Source: an uncultured Lachnospiraceae bacterium (GTDB lineage: Bacteria; Bacillota; Clostridia; Christensenellales; UBA1242). Taken from it: 64,000 bases of DNA. Below, piece after piece: positions 49,424-59,818 of this stretch; the stretch's first letter is position 1; every line of letters starts with the position of its first letter. The translations under genes were made by a program, and so were the position numbers. The notes under the pieces are model-generated. The model was not told the origin of the DNA, did not search any database, and was given only the letters and a program-made list of their open reading frames with translations. Location of the stretch: NCBI GenBank assembly GCA_964383665.1, contig CAYLHO010000003.1, positions 25,537-89,536 of the forward strand. Reading direction: 5' to 3'.

Positions 49424-50089
49424 TTACTTATCGTCCTCTCCAATAAGTTTTTTCTTAATTTCATTATATTCTTTTTCTGAAACATCGCCATTATCTTTTA
49501 AAGCATTGAGATGTTTAAGTTTTGTAACAAGATCAACATTGCTGTTGTTATATTCCTTAAGTTCTGGGATAAATTTGTTTTGTTCTGTTGCTTTAGGAGC
49601 AAGTTTAATTCCTTTGCAATAGGCAACATATCCAATAAATCTTAAAACAACAATTGCACAGGATAAAATTGTTAAAACAAAAGTGAAAATATCGAAAGAA
49701 CCGTCAACGGAAGATAAAATTAATCCTACAATTAGATATGCTAGAAATATAAATGAAGAAACCAAAAAGAATGTCATAGATTTCTTTTTCTTATAAAATT
49801 CTCCTGCTTCACGTCGCATGAAAGCAATTGTTACGCTTCCATAAACAATAAGACAAATTGTTAAGATTGAAAGAACAACATAGATGGCATAGAAAGAGAT
49901 TATAACTGTTCCAATTCCACTTTCAGAATAGAACAAAGAAAAGAAACGTAAGATTGGAGTTAGAATGCCAAATCCAATTGAAAAATCACTTGACGAAAGG
50001 GAAATGTAAACAATTAACCCAATTAAAGAAATTCCAAAAAGAATTTCAAGCGCGCCGGCAAGAATGTTAACAGTAACTCCTCTTCTCAT
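49424..50089 (-). CDS. Multi-TM protein with a C-terminal SHOCT-like domain
   Basis: Four TM segments; LKHLNALKDNGDVSEKEYNEIKKKLI. Confidence 0.7.
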   Translation of the reverse strand: MRRGVTVNILAGALEILFGISLIGLIVYISLSSSDFSIGFGILTPILRFFSLFYSESGIGTVIISFYAIYVVLSILTICLIVYGSVTIAFMRREAGEFYKKKKSMTFFLVSSFIFLAYLIVGLILSSVDGSFDIFTFVLTILSCAIVVLRFIGYVAYCKGIKLAPKATEQNKFIPELKEYNNSNVDLVTKLKHLNALKDNGDVSEKEYNEIKKKLIGEDDK

Positions 50090-50205
50090 AAACTCCTCCC
50101 TTTAACTACTGATATTATATAATATTATTGACAGAAATCAAAGAAAAAATTTTTATTGACAAAAATTAGTTTCAAATTCCCATTGAATGGTGTTATATTA
50201 AAAAT

Positions 50206-50793
50206 ATGGCAATTGCAACTCAAATTTTGTCAATTATTTTTAGACTTATAAGTCGCCTTCAAAAAACGAAAGGGAAGGCGTTAATTTTTGTTTGCTGCTC
50301 GTGTTTGGTTTCCGCAATAACTTATTTCCTTCTTGGGCAAATTGCAGGAGCGTGTTTGCTTGCTGCTGGAATAATTCGAACAATTGTTTTCTTCTTATAT
50401 GACCATTTTAAAGTTAAGCCGAATGTTGTTGTTTTAATTTGTTTTGAGATTTCCTTTATAATCATTTTGGGGTTAACGTGGCAAAGCGCAATTGACATTT
50501 TTATTCTTTTAAGTCTTGTTATTTTCACATTCGGAAGTTGGCAAGATAATATGTATGTTTTCAGAATTTCAACAGTTTCCGACAATATTGTTTGCATGAT
50601 CTATGACGGACTTGTTGGCGCTTATGTAACAATTGTTGGAGATGTTATTTGCTTGATTGCTTCAATTTTCTCAATTGTTTATTATGATATTCTTAAAAGG
50701 TCGACTCCAATTTTTAAAAGACTTCTATATTACGTTAAGCCAAGAAAAAAGAGAAAACGTCTTAAAGCAAAACTTCACAAAAGACGCAAATAA
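50206..50793 (+). CDS. YgjV-like inner membrane protein
   Basis: Short TM hairpins, YFLLGQIAGA, IYDGLVGAY. Confidence 0.65.
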   Translation: MAIATQILSIIFRLISRLQKTKGKALIFVCCSCLVSAITYFLLGQIAGACLLAAGIIRTIVFFLYDHFKVKPNVVVLICFEISFIIILGLTWQSAIDIFILLSLVIFTFGSWQDNMYVFRISTVSDNIVCMIYDGLVGAYVTIVGDVICLIASIFSIVYYDILKRSTPIFKRLLYYVKPRKKRKRLKAKLHKRRK

Positions 50794-50820
50794 TAAAAAA
50801 ACCGCAAATTTGCGGTTTTT
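50794..50820. terminator. Bidirectional terminator
   Basis: AAAAACCGCAAATTTGCGGTTTTT. Confidence 0.7.
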
Positions 50821-50834
50821 ATTTTAATTAAATT

Positions 50835-51614
50835 TTATGCGTTTGCTGGAACAGCGAAATCGGCAGGAAGCGTTGAAATTCCAAAAATTGAGCTTGGAGC
50901 TTTTGAACTTTCAACTGTTTTTGTTGTGTAAGCAGTTATAGTTGCTGTGTTGGTTGTTTTGTCATAGCTATAACCAACTTTAACTTGAACTGTTTTATAA
51001 ATTGACCCAACTTTTGTTGATGTTTGGAAAGCGAAGTCGTTTCCAACTTTAACAACTTCAACTGTTTGAGATGCTTTTCCTGCAAGTTGAACGTCAAGTT
51101 TGAAGTTTGTTCCTTCATCATTTTTTTCGATAACAATTGAAGAATTTTGGCTTGAATCTTTTGCGTTCACATAAGAAATGTTAATTTTGTTTTTGGAGCA
51201 ATCAACGTTAATTGAATAATCGTTTTTAACTGAAATTTTAAATGAATTTCCGTTTTTCTCAAGCGTCAATCCAACTTGATTTAAGTATGTTTCAACATTA
51301 ATCCCAAGTTCTTTTGCAAGTTCTTTCGCATCTTCATAGATTTTGTCGAACGAATCAACTGTTGTTTGGATCATTTCCATAGTTGACTTAAGTCCTGTTA
51401 TTGCAACTTTAATTTCTAATGTTGCTTCAAGAGTTTCGCTGTCGGTTGTTTCTGCTTCTGCTTTATTGTTTAATGCAGTTGAAACCGCTTCCATTTCTTG
51501 AACATCCTCTTGAGCGGCGTTCATTGTGTAGTCATTGTTTCCGCATGCTGCAAAAACAAGCGCGCATGGAACAAGGACAAGGCCTAACGCTAAAATTTTA
51601 AAAAACTTTTTCAT
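50835..51614 (-). CDS. Lipoprotein of unknown function
   Basis: AAGGAGG RBS, MKKFF...FAAC lipobox. Confidence 0.8.
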   Translation of the reverse strand: MKKFFKILALGLVLVPCALVFAACGNNDYTMNAAQEDVQEMEAVSTALNNKAEAETTDSETLEATLEIKVAITGLKSTMEMIQTTVDSFDKIYEDAKELAKELGINVETYLNQVGLTLEKNGNSFKISVKNDYSINVDCSKNKINISYVNAKDSSQNSSIVIEKNDEGTNFKLDVQLAGKASQTVEVVKVGNDFAFQTSTKVGSIYKTVQVKVGYSYDKTTNTATITAYTTKTVESSKAPSSIFGISTLPADFAVPANA

Positions 51615-51795
51615 ATAACCTCCTTGGAATACATTCCATAAATAGTTTATCATGTAACTTTCAATTTTTCAAAACGAATTGAATAACTTTAATAATGAGA
51701 AAAATGTTAAATAAAAATTGTTCTTGTCTTAAAATGAAAGCGTGTTTTTATTTAAATATTGACTTGGAACAGAGAAGATTATATAATAATTATAT

Positions 51796-54630
51796 ATGAA
51801 AAAAGAGAAAGGTTGTTTAGTGCTGGTTTCGCAAAGGGATATGGAACTTTTAAGAACAGATCCTAATCTTTTTTGGGAAGGTGTTACGTCAATTGGTGAA
51901 CACGCATTCGAAAGCATAACTTTTCCCGATGAACTTATAATTCCAAATTCCGTTAAAGAAATTAAAGATTGGGCTTTTGCAGATTCTTTTTTAAAAAAAG
52001 TTACTTTGCCAGGTAAATTGGAAAAACTTGGGTCGGAAACATTCTATGAAGCAAGCGAACTTGAAGAAATTATAATTCAAGAAGGTGTTGAAAGCCTTCC
52101 AAAAAATTTTTGTTCAAATTGTGAGCGTTTAAAGAAAGTTGTTTTACCAAGAAGTTTAAAAGAACTTGGCGAAAGGGCATTTAAATCATGCAACAAGATT
52201 GAAGAAATCGACTTAAGTAATGTTGAAAAAATTGGAGAAAGTTGTTTTGACTCTTGTAAAAAACTGAAAAACGTTGTGTTGTCAAAAAACTTGCAATCGA
52301 TTGGAGAATATTCATTCTATTTTTGCAAAAGACTTGAGAAAGTTGTTATTGACGGAATTGATGAAATTCCAAATGGTGCTTTTTCGGGCTGTAAAGAACT
52401 TAAAGAAATAATTTTTAATAAACCTGTTAAAAAAATTGGTGTTTTTGCCTTTAAATTAAATGAAAAATTAACCGAGATTAATTTGCCAGAAGGGCTTGAA
52501 AAAATTGAGCTAGGAGCATTTCAAGAATCAAGCCAACTTAAAAAAGTTGCGCTTCCAAATGGATTAAAGGAAATTGGTAATTATGCTTTTAAAGATTGTT
52601 TAAGCCTTGAAGAAGTGATTATTCCAGACACTGTTGAAACAATTGGAGATTCTGCCTATGAGGAATCTGGAGTTGTTAAAGTTACGCTTCCAAAAAGCTT
52701 AAAAGTTATTCCCGATGGTTGTTTTGAAAAAACAAAGAAACTTAAAGAAGTTGTTGCTTTTGAAGGGTTAAAAGAAATTTGCGAAGCGGCGTTTTACGGA
52801 AGCGGAATTGAAAATTTCAACATGCCAAACAGTGTTGAGAAACTTGGGGACGGTGCTTTTAGATATTGCTTAAAACTTAAGAACATCAATCTTTCAAAAA
52901 ACTTGAAAGAACTTCCGGCGGCGGCATTTAGCGAATGCAGGGCACTTGAACAAATTGAAATTCCTGAAAGTGTTGAAACGGTTGGATCAAAGTTATTTTT
53001 AAATTGCAATTCTCTTGTTAAGGCAGACTTACCAAACAGCGTTAAGGAAATTGGAACAAGAATTTATGCAAATTGCTTTTCGCTTAAAGAAGTTAATCTT
53101 CCAAACAAAATAACAGAGATAAGTGATTTTATGTTCGCTTCAAGCGGACTTGAAAAACTTAAGATTGGGAACAACATTAAAGAGATGGGAGAAGACTGTC
53201 TTTCAATGTGCAACGATCTTAAGGAACTCACAATCCCATTAAGCTTGGAAAAAATGAATTCGGTTTCAATGCCGAACGAGGTTAAAACTTTTGTTGAATG
53301 CAGAAATGGAAAAGTTGAAATGCCAAACGAAATCTTTGTTCAAAGTTTGGGCAAGGAAAATCTTAATTCAATTCGCGAATTTGCATCAAAAAAAATTGAA
53401 AGAAAAAAATTCTTTATGCCTTCGCAACAAGTTTGGTTAAACACTCCAAAAGATCTTGTTGAAAACTTCTACACATATTCAAAAGATTGGGCAAGGTTAA
53501 TAAACAAGTTTGCAAATTCTGTTGATAAAACACCAAGCGAGATTAACGAAGAATCAAAAGCTGATTTCTTTAAACTTTGTTTGGTTAGCGGAATTTTTTC
53601 AAATTCCAAGTTTGAAAGAGAAAAAGCGAATGAATTTATTGAAACAAAAATTATAGGGCGCTTTTCGGAAGCTAAAATCCACGAAAGATTTAATGGGCTG
53701 AAAACAGTTGAAAATGGATATAACCCATTTTTTGCAAAGTTTTTGATAAGAAATTTTGACGATAACTTTCTTAAAATTGAAATTGGAACAGACAGTTATG
53801 CAAATTATATTGCCGAGGCGTATAACAGGTTTAATCAAATTGAGGAAGCATTTGGAATTAACTCAAGAAAACGTGTTAATCAACTAAATTCCAAAAATGT
53901 TATTGAATTTTTGTTTTTAAAAAAATATAACTATAAAAAGGGAACTTCAGAGGAAAAACTTGCAAATCTTTGCGGAATGTATGGTTACTCCGTTGAAGGT
54001 TTTGAAAAACTTAAATCTTGGGTTCATGAGGGCGAAAAGATTAAGGCAGAGGGAATTGAAAACCTTTTCTGCAAACCTGATTATATTACAAGCAAAGATG
54101 TTGTGACATATGAATTTCTTGAAAAAGGCGACCCAGTTGGCGCTGTTCTTGGGAACATAACGAATTGCTGCCAAAAACTTGACGGCGCTGGAGAAAGTTG
54201 TTGTAAACATGGATTAACAAATCCAAACGGCGGTTTTATTGTTTTCAAACTAAATGATAAAATTGTTGGGCAAAGTTGGGTTTGGTTTAATGAGAATGGG
54301 CAAAAAGTTTGCCTTGATAACGTTGAAGTTCCTCATGCCCATGAGAAAATTGTTTTAAATGATGAAGTTAGGTTTAACGATTGTTTAAAACGCGTTAGAC
54401 AAGGGTTTGTTGACGGAATGAAAGAACGCAATCGAAAAGTTATATATGTAACGATGGGTGTTGGATTTAATGATGTTATATCAGTTGCAGAAAAGGAATT
54501 CAAAACAACAAAAGTTGTTTGCGCTCTTGCGCAGCCTGCTGTTCAAACGGACAAAATGGTTTTTGACAACATTTTTGGAGGTGCTCCAACATCATACACC
54601 GACATAACCGGCGGCGAACTTGTTTTATAA
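51796..54630 (+). CDS. BspA-type leucine-rich repeat protein with an uncharacterised C-terminal domain
   Basis: About 20 repeats of LxxVxLPxxLxxIGxxAFxxCxx; no signal peptide; C-terminal LGNITNCCQ...QSWVW...CLDNVE. Confidence 0.85.
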   Translation: MKKEKGCLVLVSQRDMELLRTDPNLFWEGVTSIGEHAFESITFPDELIIPNSVKEIKDWAFADSFLKKVTLPGKLEKLGSETFYEASELEEIIIQEGVESLPKNFCSNCERLKKVVLPRSLKELGERAFKSCNKIEEIDLSNVEKIGESCFDSCKKLKNVVLSKNLQSIGEYSFYFCKRLEKVVIDGIDEIPNGAFSGCKELKEIIFNKPVKKIGVFAFKLNEKLTEINLPEGLEKIELGAFQESSQLKKVALPNGLKEIGNYAFKDCLSLEEVIIPDTVETIGDSAYEESGVVKVTLPKSLKVIPDGCFEKTKKLKEVVAFEGLKEICEAAFYGSGIENFNMPNSVEKLGDGAFRYCLKLKNINLSKNLKELPAAAFSECRALEQIEIPESVETVGSKLFLNCNSLVKADLPNSVKEIGTRIYANCFSLKEVNLPNKITEISDFMFASSGLEKLKIGNNIKEMGEDCLSMCNDLKELTIPLSLEKMNSVSMPNEVKTFVECRNGKVEMPNEIFVQSLGKENLNSIREFASKKIERKKFFMPSQQVWLNTPKDLVENFYTYSKDWARLINKFANSVDKTPSEINEESKADFFKLCLVSGIFSNSKFEREKANEFIETKIIGRFSEAKIHERFNGLKTVENGYNPFFAKFLIRNFDDNFLKIEIGTDSYANYIAEAYNRFNQIEEAFGINSRKRVNQLNSKNVIEFLFLKKYNYKKGTSEEKLANLCGMYGYSVEGFEKLKSWVHEGEKIKAEGIENLFCKPDYITSKDVVTYEFLEKGDPVGAVLGNITNCCQKLDGAGESCCKHGLTNPNGGFIVFKLNDKIVGQSWVWFNENGQKVCLDNVEVPHAHEKIVLNDEVRFNDCLKRVRQGFVDGMKERNRKVIYVTMGVGFNDVISVAEKEFKTTKVVCALAQPAVQTDKMVFDNIFGGAPTSYTDITGGELVL

Positions 54631-54725
54631 AAGAAAAAACACCTTAACTTGGTTTAGGTGTTTTTTTGTTAAAAAAAGTTGAGAAATTGATCTCAACTTT
54701 TTAATGTATTAATTTTTAACAAAAA

Positions 54726-55370
54726 CTATTTGCTCATTTTTGCAACTTCTTCTGCCAAGTTGTCAACGCGTTTTTCAAGTCCTTCGCCCATTTCATAACG
54801 AGTGAAACGACGAACAGAAATTTTTTCTCCAATTGAAAGAATTGCTTCGTTGATAATTTGAGAAACTGTTTTGCTGCTGTCTTTAACGAAATCTTGGTCT
54901 AAAAGACAAACGTCTTTATAGTATTTTTTGATTCTTCCTTCAACCATTTTTTCGATAACAGCTTCTGGTTTTCCTTCGTTCAAAGCTTGTGCTCTTAAAA
55001 TTTCTTTTTCAGAATCTAAAGCATCGGTTGGAACTTCGGCTTCTGTTACATAAAGAGGTTTAGCAGCAGCAATTTGCATTGCAATATCTTTAACTAAATT
55101 TTGGAAAGCATCGCTTTTTGCAACGAAGTCTGTTTCGCAGTTAACTTCAACCAAAACGCCAATTTTTCCGCCCATGTGGATATATGAACTAACAACTCCT
55201 TCAGCGGCAATTCTGTCGGCTTTTTTAGCAGCGGCAGCCATTCCTTTTTCACGAAGGAACTTAATTGCTTCGTCGAAATTTCCATTTGTTTCGGTTAATG
55301 CTTTTTTGCAGTCCATCATTCCTGCGCCTGTTGTTGCTCTAAGTTTTGAAACGTCTTGTGCTGTGAACAT
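54726..55370 (-). CDS. tsf: Elongation factor Ts (short form)
   Basis: [26 protein letters not shown]. Confidence 0.98.
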   Translation of the reverse strand: MFTAQDVSKLRATTGAGMMDCKKALTETNGNFDEAIKFLREKGMAAAAKKADRIAAEGVVSSYIHMGGKIGVLVEVNCETDFVAKSDAFQNLVKDIAMQIAAAKPLYVTEAEVPTDALDSEKEILRAQALNEGKPEAVIEKMVEGRIKKYYKDVCLLDQDFVKDSSKTVSQIINEAILSIGEKISVRRFTRYEMGEGLEKRVDNLAEEVAKMSK

Positions 55371-55373
55371 AGA

Positions 55374-56297
55374 TTATTCCTCCTCTTTAACTTCTGCTTT
55401 TTTTGAAGCTCTTTTTGGCTTTTCAGCTGGCTCTTCTTTAACCTCTTCTTGAGCTTCTTCTTTAACTTCTTCAGTTACTTTTTTAGCTCTTGGTTTCTTA
55501 TGAGGTTTTTCTTCTTCAGGAGCAGCTTCTGCTTCTTCAACTGTTGGTTTGCTTTCAGCAAGTGCTGCTGCAAGATCAACTGGTTCTTCGTCTTCTTTTT
55601 CTTCTTTGAAAGAAACGCCTTCTTTTGCTTCGATAACAGCGTCTGCAATTGCAGAAGCGATAAGTTTAACTGAACGAATTGCATCGTCGTTTCCTGGAAT
55701 TACATAGTCAATTCCCGATGGATCGCAGTTTGTGTCAACAAGTCCAACAAGTGGAATGTGCATCTTAATTGCTTCGTGAACGCAAATGTGTTCTTTTGAA
55801 GGGTCAACAACGAAAATTACACCTGGCATTTCTCTCATTTCTTTAATTCCGCCAAGGTTTGTTTCCAACTTGTCTCTCTCTGCTTTAAGGATTGCAACTT
55901 CCTTTTTAGGCAAAAGTTCGAATTCCCCAACTTTTTCCATTTGATTTAATTTGTTAAGTCTGTCAATTCTTGTTCTGATTGTTCTGAAGTTTGTTAAGCA
56001 ACCTCCAAGCCATCTTGAATTAACATAATACATTCCGCATCTTTCTGCTTCTTCTTTAATTGCTTCAGCAGCTTGTTTTTTTGTTCCTACGAAAAGAACG
56101 CTTTTTCCCGATGCAACAACATCTCTAACGAAAAGATATGCTTTGTCAACGAGTTCTGATGTTTGTTCTAGATTAAGGATATGAATATCATTTCTTGCGG
56201 TGAAAATGTATTTTTTCATTTTAGGATTCCATTTTCTTGTTTGGTGACCAAAATGAACACCTGCCTCTAGAAGTTGTTTCATTGAAATAACCGACAT
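55374..56297 (-). CDS. rpsB: 30S ribosomal protein S2 with a charged C-terminal tail
   Basis: [27 protein letters not shown]. Confidence 0.98.
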   Translation of the reverse strand: MSVISMKQLLEAGVHFGHQTRKWNPKMKKYIFTARNDIHILNLEQTSELVDKAYLFVRDVVASGKSVLFVGTKKQAAEAIKEEAERCGMYYVNSRWLGGCLTNFRTIRTRIDRLNKLNQMEKVGEFELLPKKEVAILKAERDKLETNLGGIKEMREMPGVIFVVDPSKEHICVHEAIKMHIPLVGLVDTNCDPSGIDYVIPGNDDAIRSVKLIASAIADAVIEAKEGVSFKEEKEDEEPVDLAAALAESKPTVEEAEAAPEEEKPHKKPRAKKVTEEVKEEAQEEVKEEPAEKPKRASKKAEVKEEE

Positions 56298-56309
56298 TTA
56301 TTTTTCCTC

Positions 56310-56415
56310 CTTGTTTTTAGTCTTCCCCAAGTCTTCAGTGCTCCGCTGGCAACCAAAAATCATGAGAGAAAGTTTTTGGCAACGGCCATGCGAATGGAAC
56401 ATGAGTGTTTATTTG
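56310..56415 (-). promoter_or_regulatory. Structured rpsB 5' leader (probable S2 autoregulatory RNA)
   Basis: GC-richer leader of about 110 nt with nested pairings (TGTTCC/GGAGCA, CCAAAAA/TTTTTGG); position matches known S2 leaders. Confidence 0.5.
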
Positions 56416-56511
56416 TCAATGAACTGACTTAAGAAATATATCACACAAAAAAACAAAATGCAAGCATATTTACATTTTGTTTTCTTATTATTTTATAAAT
56501 ACCTTATATAT

Positions 56512-56718
56512 TTAATCTTCAATTCCTAAAAGATAGTCAGCTGAAACACCGAAAAATTTTGCAATTGTAATTAGGTTTGAAAGAGTTGGCTCGCGGAGTC
56601 CATTTTCCCAAAGGCTTATAATACCTTTGCTAACTCCCAAGTGCTTTGCTAATTCAACTTGCCCAATTCCTCTTTCTTGCCGAAGGGTTTTTAGATTGTC
56701 TTTAAAAACATTCATCAA
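56512..56718 (-). CDS. XRE-family HTH regulator
   Basis: LKTLRQERGIGQVELAKHLGVSKGIISLWENGLREP...YLLG. Confidence 0.9.
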   Translation of the reverse strand: MMNVFKDNLKTLRQERGIGQVELAKHLGVSKGIISLWENGLREPTLSNLITIAKFFGVSADYLLGIED

Positions 56719-56725
56719 TTATATT

Positions 56726-56772
56726 TTCTCACAAGTGTAAGAAATATACTTGACTTCTCACTATTGTAAGAT
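56726..56772. promoter_or_regulatory. Tandem palindromic operators between the XRE gene and the divergent gene
   Basis: TTCTCAC-N4-GTAAGAA (56726-56743) and TTCTCAC-N4-GTAAGAT (56755-56772) around TTGACT-18-TATAAT. Confidence 0.65.
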
Positions 56773-56796
56773 TTATAATTAATTTAGGAGAAAACT

Positions 56797-57423
56797 ATGG
56801 AAGAGAAAAAAGACCAAATAAGCTGTTATGAAAGAGTTAATAAAATGTTAAAAGAAAAAAAGAAAGAGGAAATTACTCCAAATGAAATAAAAAAAGAAGA
56901 ACAAGAAGAAAACGTAAGTTTGAAACTTGTGGATAATAAATATCCAAAGCTTGACGAAGAAGATTACAAAGAACTTTTAAAATTTCGAGAAGAAAAAAGG
57001 AAACAAGAAGAAGCAGAAAAGAAAAAAAGAGAGATAACTTTTGAAGAAAGCAAAGAAGAATTTGAAATATATTTAAAAAAGAAAGAAGAGTTTGAAAACT
57101 ACTTAAACGAAAAAGAAGAAAAAAAGAAAAATAAAAAATCAAAAGGATCACAAGAACGAAAGTTGTGTAAAAAAGAAACTTTTCAACAGGAAGAAGTTGA
57201 ATCAAGAGGAAAAGGTGGATTAGGATTCGTATTTGGATTTTTCTTTGGGTTAATTGGTCTTGTAATTTTAATACTATTATATAACAGTGACACAGTTGAA
57301 AGAAAAACTTCGATTCAAGGCTGGGGTTTTGGATTTGTAACAGCCCTGTTTATAGGAATAATTTTAGGGGTTATCCTTTCCCTTATTTATCATGATTGGA
57401 TTGCTGGGCTATTTAAATTCTAA
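56797..57423 (+). CDS. Hypothetical protein with an E/K-rich N-terminus and two TM helices
   Basis: AGGAG RBS; GFVFGFFFGLIG and GWGFGFV TM segments. Confidence 0.75.
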   Translation: MEEKKDQISCYERVNKMLKEKKKEEITPNEIKKEEQEENVSLKLVDNKYPKLDEEDYKELLKFREEKRKQEEAEKKKREITFEESKEEFEIYLKKKEEFENYLNEKEEKKKNKKSKGSQERKLCKKETFQQEEVESRGKGGLGFVFGFFFGLIGLVILILLYNSDTVERKTSIQGWGFGFVTALFIGIILGVILSLIYHDWIAGLFKF

Positions 57424-57531
57424 TAATTTAAGTGCAACAGATATCAGCCAGTTTAAATTGCAATTTTTCCTTGCAAAAAGATTTTCAACGTGCTATACTA
57501 CGCATGCTAAAGAGCATGAGACACAAAAATT

Positions 57532-57619
57532 GGAGAGGTGTCAGAGTGGTCTAATGTGCACGCTTGGAAAGCGTGTGTTGTGAAAGCAACCGCAGGTTCA
57601 AATCCTGTCCTCTCCGCCA
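57532..57619 (+). tRNA. tRNA-Ser(GGA)
   Basis: GGAGAGG/CCTCTCC acceptor stem, CACGC-TTGGAAA-GCGTG anticodon arm, long variable arm, TTCAAAT T-loop, G discriminator, encoded CCA; terminator at 57626-57651. Confidence 0.97.
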
Positions 57620-57718
57620 AAAAACATCTCACAAAAATGTGAGATTTTTTTATTATTATGCAACTGTTGCTTGATGCATTATTTACCGGCAATTTGTCAA
57701 CATTTTTTTGGGAAAAAC

Positions 57719-57773
57719 TTCCGATATCGGAAATATTTAGCAAAAATGTAATAAAAAATTTCCGATACCGGAA
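57719..57773. repeat. Two near-identical palindromes TTCCGATA(T/C)CGGAA
   Basis: 57719-57732 and 57760-57773; the second probably forms the ychF terminator. Confidence 0.6.
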
Positions 57774-57801
57774 ATTTTTGGTAGCTATAATTTAAAGAAT
57801 G

Positions 57802-58890
57802 TTAAACGTTAAATCTGAAAAGCATTATGTCGCCGTCTTGAACAACATAGTCTTTTCCTTCAATTCTGACTTTGCCTTTTTCTCTTGCGGCAATATATGA
57901 ACCGGCTTCAATTAAATCGGCATATTTAACAACCTCGGCTTTAATGAACCCTTTTTCGAAATCTGTGTGGATTTTTCCGGCGGCTTGTGGTGCTTTCGAG
58001 CCTTTTTTGATTGTCCAAGCCCTAACTTCTTTTTCGCCTGCCGTTAAGAAACTCATAAGTCCAAGCAAACTGTATGAAGCGGAAACAAGTTTTTCAAGCC
58101 CGCTTTCGTTAATTCCAAGTTCCTCCTTGAAAAGAGCACGATCTTCTTCGCCAAGCGCGGAAAGTTCTTCCTCAATCTTTGCAGAAAGAACAATAACTTC
58201 TGAACCTTCGCTTTGAGCAATTTCTTTAACGGTTTTAACAAATTTATTTTCTGTTCCAATTTCGTCTTCTGCAATGTTTGCAACGTAGATAACTGGCTTT
58301 GAGGAAAGAAGGAAGAAAGAATTTAGAATTTTCTTTTGATCGTCGGAAAGGTCAACCGAGCGAGCTGGTTTTCCATTCTCAAGTGCTTCTTTAACTTTTT
58401 TTAGAACCTCAAATTCTTCGGCTGTTCCCTTTTCGCCAACCTTTAAAAGTTTTTGAGTTTTTTCATATCTCTTTGCAACTGTTTCAAGGTCGGCAAGAAT
58501 CAACTCGAGGTTAATAACTTCAATATCTCGTTTTGGGTCGATTGTTCCAGAAACGTGGATAATTTTTTCGTTTTCAAAGCATCTAACAACATGGACAATT
58601 GCGTCAACTTCGCGAATGTGACTTAAAAACTTGTTTCCAAGTCCTTCGCCCTTGCTTGCTCCTGCAACAAGCCCCGCAATATCCACAAATTCAATTGAGG
58701 CATGGACGATTTTTTGTGTGTTATAGAAATTCCCTAAAACTTCAAGGCGTTCATCGGGAACGTCAACAACTCCAACGTTTGGCTCAATTGTGCAGAATGG
58801 ATAGTTTGCGCTTTCTGCTCCAGCGTTTGTTATTGCATTAAACAATGTGCTCTTTCCAACATTTGGAAGGCCAACAACACCAATTTTCAT
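57802..58890 (-). CDS. ychF: Ribosome-binding ATPase YchF
   Basis: GLPNVGKST, NYPFCTIEPN, DIAGLV, TGS domain ending FRFNV. Confidence 0.97.
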   Translation of the reverse strand: MKIGVVGLPNVGKSTLFNAITNAGAESANYPFCTIEPNVGVVDVPDERLEVLGNFYNTQKIVHASIEFVDIAGLVAGASKGEGLGNKFLSHIREVDAIVHVVRCFENEKIIHVSGTIDPKRDIEVINLELILADLETVAKRYEKTQKLLKVGEKGTAEEFEVLKKVKEALENGKPARSVDLSDDQKKILNSFFLLSSKPVIYVANIAEDEIGTENKFVKTVKEIAQSEGSEVIVLSAKIEEELSALGEEDRALFKEELGINESGLEKLVSASYSLLGLMSFLTAGEKEVRAWTIKKGSKAPQAAGKIHTDFEKGFIKAEVVKYADLIEAGSYIAAREKGKVRIEGKDYVVQDGDIMLFRFNV

Positions 58891-58967
58891 TTTTCTCCTT
58901 TAACTTACAAATAAAATTTAAATGTAAACATAGAATATATCAAAAGGGAGAAAAAAGCAAGGGAATT

Positions 58968-59759
58968 ATGGCAATTTGGGTTGCGCTTATTTTGGGAATT
59001 GTTCAGGGGTTAACGGAATTTTTGCCCGTTTCAAGCAGCGGGCATCTTCTTCTTTTAAGCAAACTTTTTGGAATTAGCGAGGGAACTTTGCTTTTAACAA
59101 TTTTGCTTCATGTTGCAACGCTTTTTGCTGTTCTCTTTGTTTTAAGAAAAGAAATTTGGGAACTCATTAAGCACCCATTCTCACGTAAGGCTTGCAATCT
59201 TTATCTTGCAACAATTCCAACGGTTTTGATTGTTTTTGTTTCAAAAGGTTTTTTTGATGATGCGTTTGAAAACTCAAAACTTTTGCCGTACTTTTTCCTT
59301 TTAACTGCTTTATTGCTTCTTGTAACTTATTTCATAAACAAAAAGCGGCAACAAAGGAATTTGGATTTTTCAAACGGCGGGTTCAGGAAAAACAACTTAA
59401 CCTCGGTTGTTATGGGAATTGCGCAAGGGCTTGCTGTTCTTCCGGGGATTTCGCGATCGGGTTCAACAATTTGCGCAGGGCTTCTTTGCGGAGAGGACAG
59501 AAGCGAAGTTGCAAAGTTCTCTTTTCTTATGAGTGTTCCGGTTATTTTGGGTTCAATGCTGTTTGAAATTCTCAAGGGAGATTTTGGAGTTTTGGCGGCG
59601 GAAAACATGGCGCTTCCAACAATAGTTGCGTTTCTTTCGGCATTCGTTGTTGGCGTTGTTTCAATAAAATTTATGCTTAAGGTTGTTGAAAAAGGAAAAT
59701 ATTATTGGTTTTCAATCTATCTTATTGCGCTTTCAATTTTAACATTTTTTGTTGTTTAA
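58968..59759 (+). CDS. uppP: Undecaprenyl-diphosphate phosphatase
   Basis: GIVQGLTEFLPVSSSGHL, PGISRSGSTI, FSFLM. Confidence 0.96.
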   Translation: MAIWVALILGIVQGLTEFLPVSSSGHLLLLSKLFGISEGTLLLTILLHVATLFAVLFVLRKEIWELIKHPFSRKACNLYLATIPTVLIVFVSKGFFDDAFENSKLLPYFFLLTALLLLVTYFINKKRQQRNLDFSNGGFRKNNLTSVVMGIAQGLAVLPGISRSGSTICAGLLCGEDRSEVAKFSFLMSVPVILGSMLFEILKGDFGVLAAENMALPTIVAFLSAFVVGVVSIKFMLKVVEKGKYYWFSIYLIALSILTFFVV

Positions 59760-59818
59760 AATGATGTCTTAAAACTTTGTTTTTTGGAAATAATCCTCTT
59801 AAAAGAGAGGTTATGTTA

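Noticed and set aside
57532-57800. Prophage or ICE integrated at tRNA-Ser
   Set aside because: No integrase and no duplicated tRNA 3' end were found in the window
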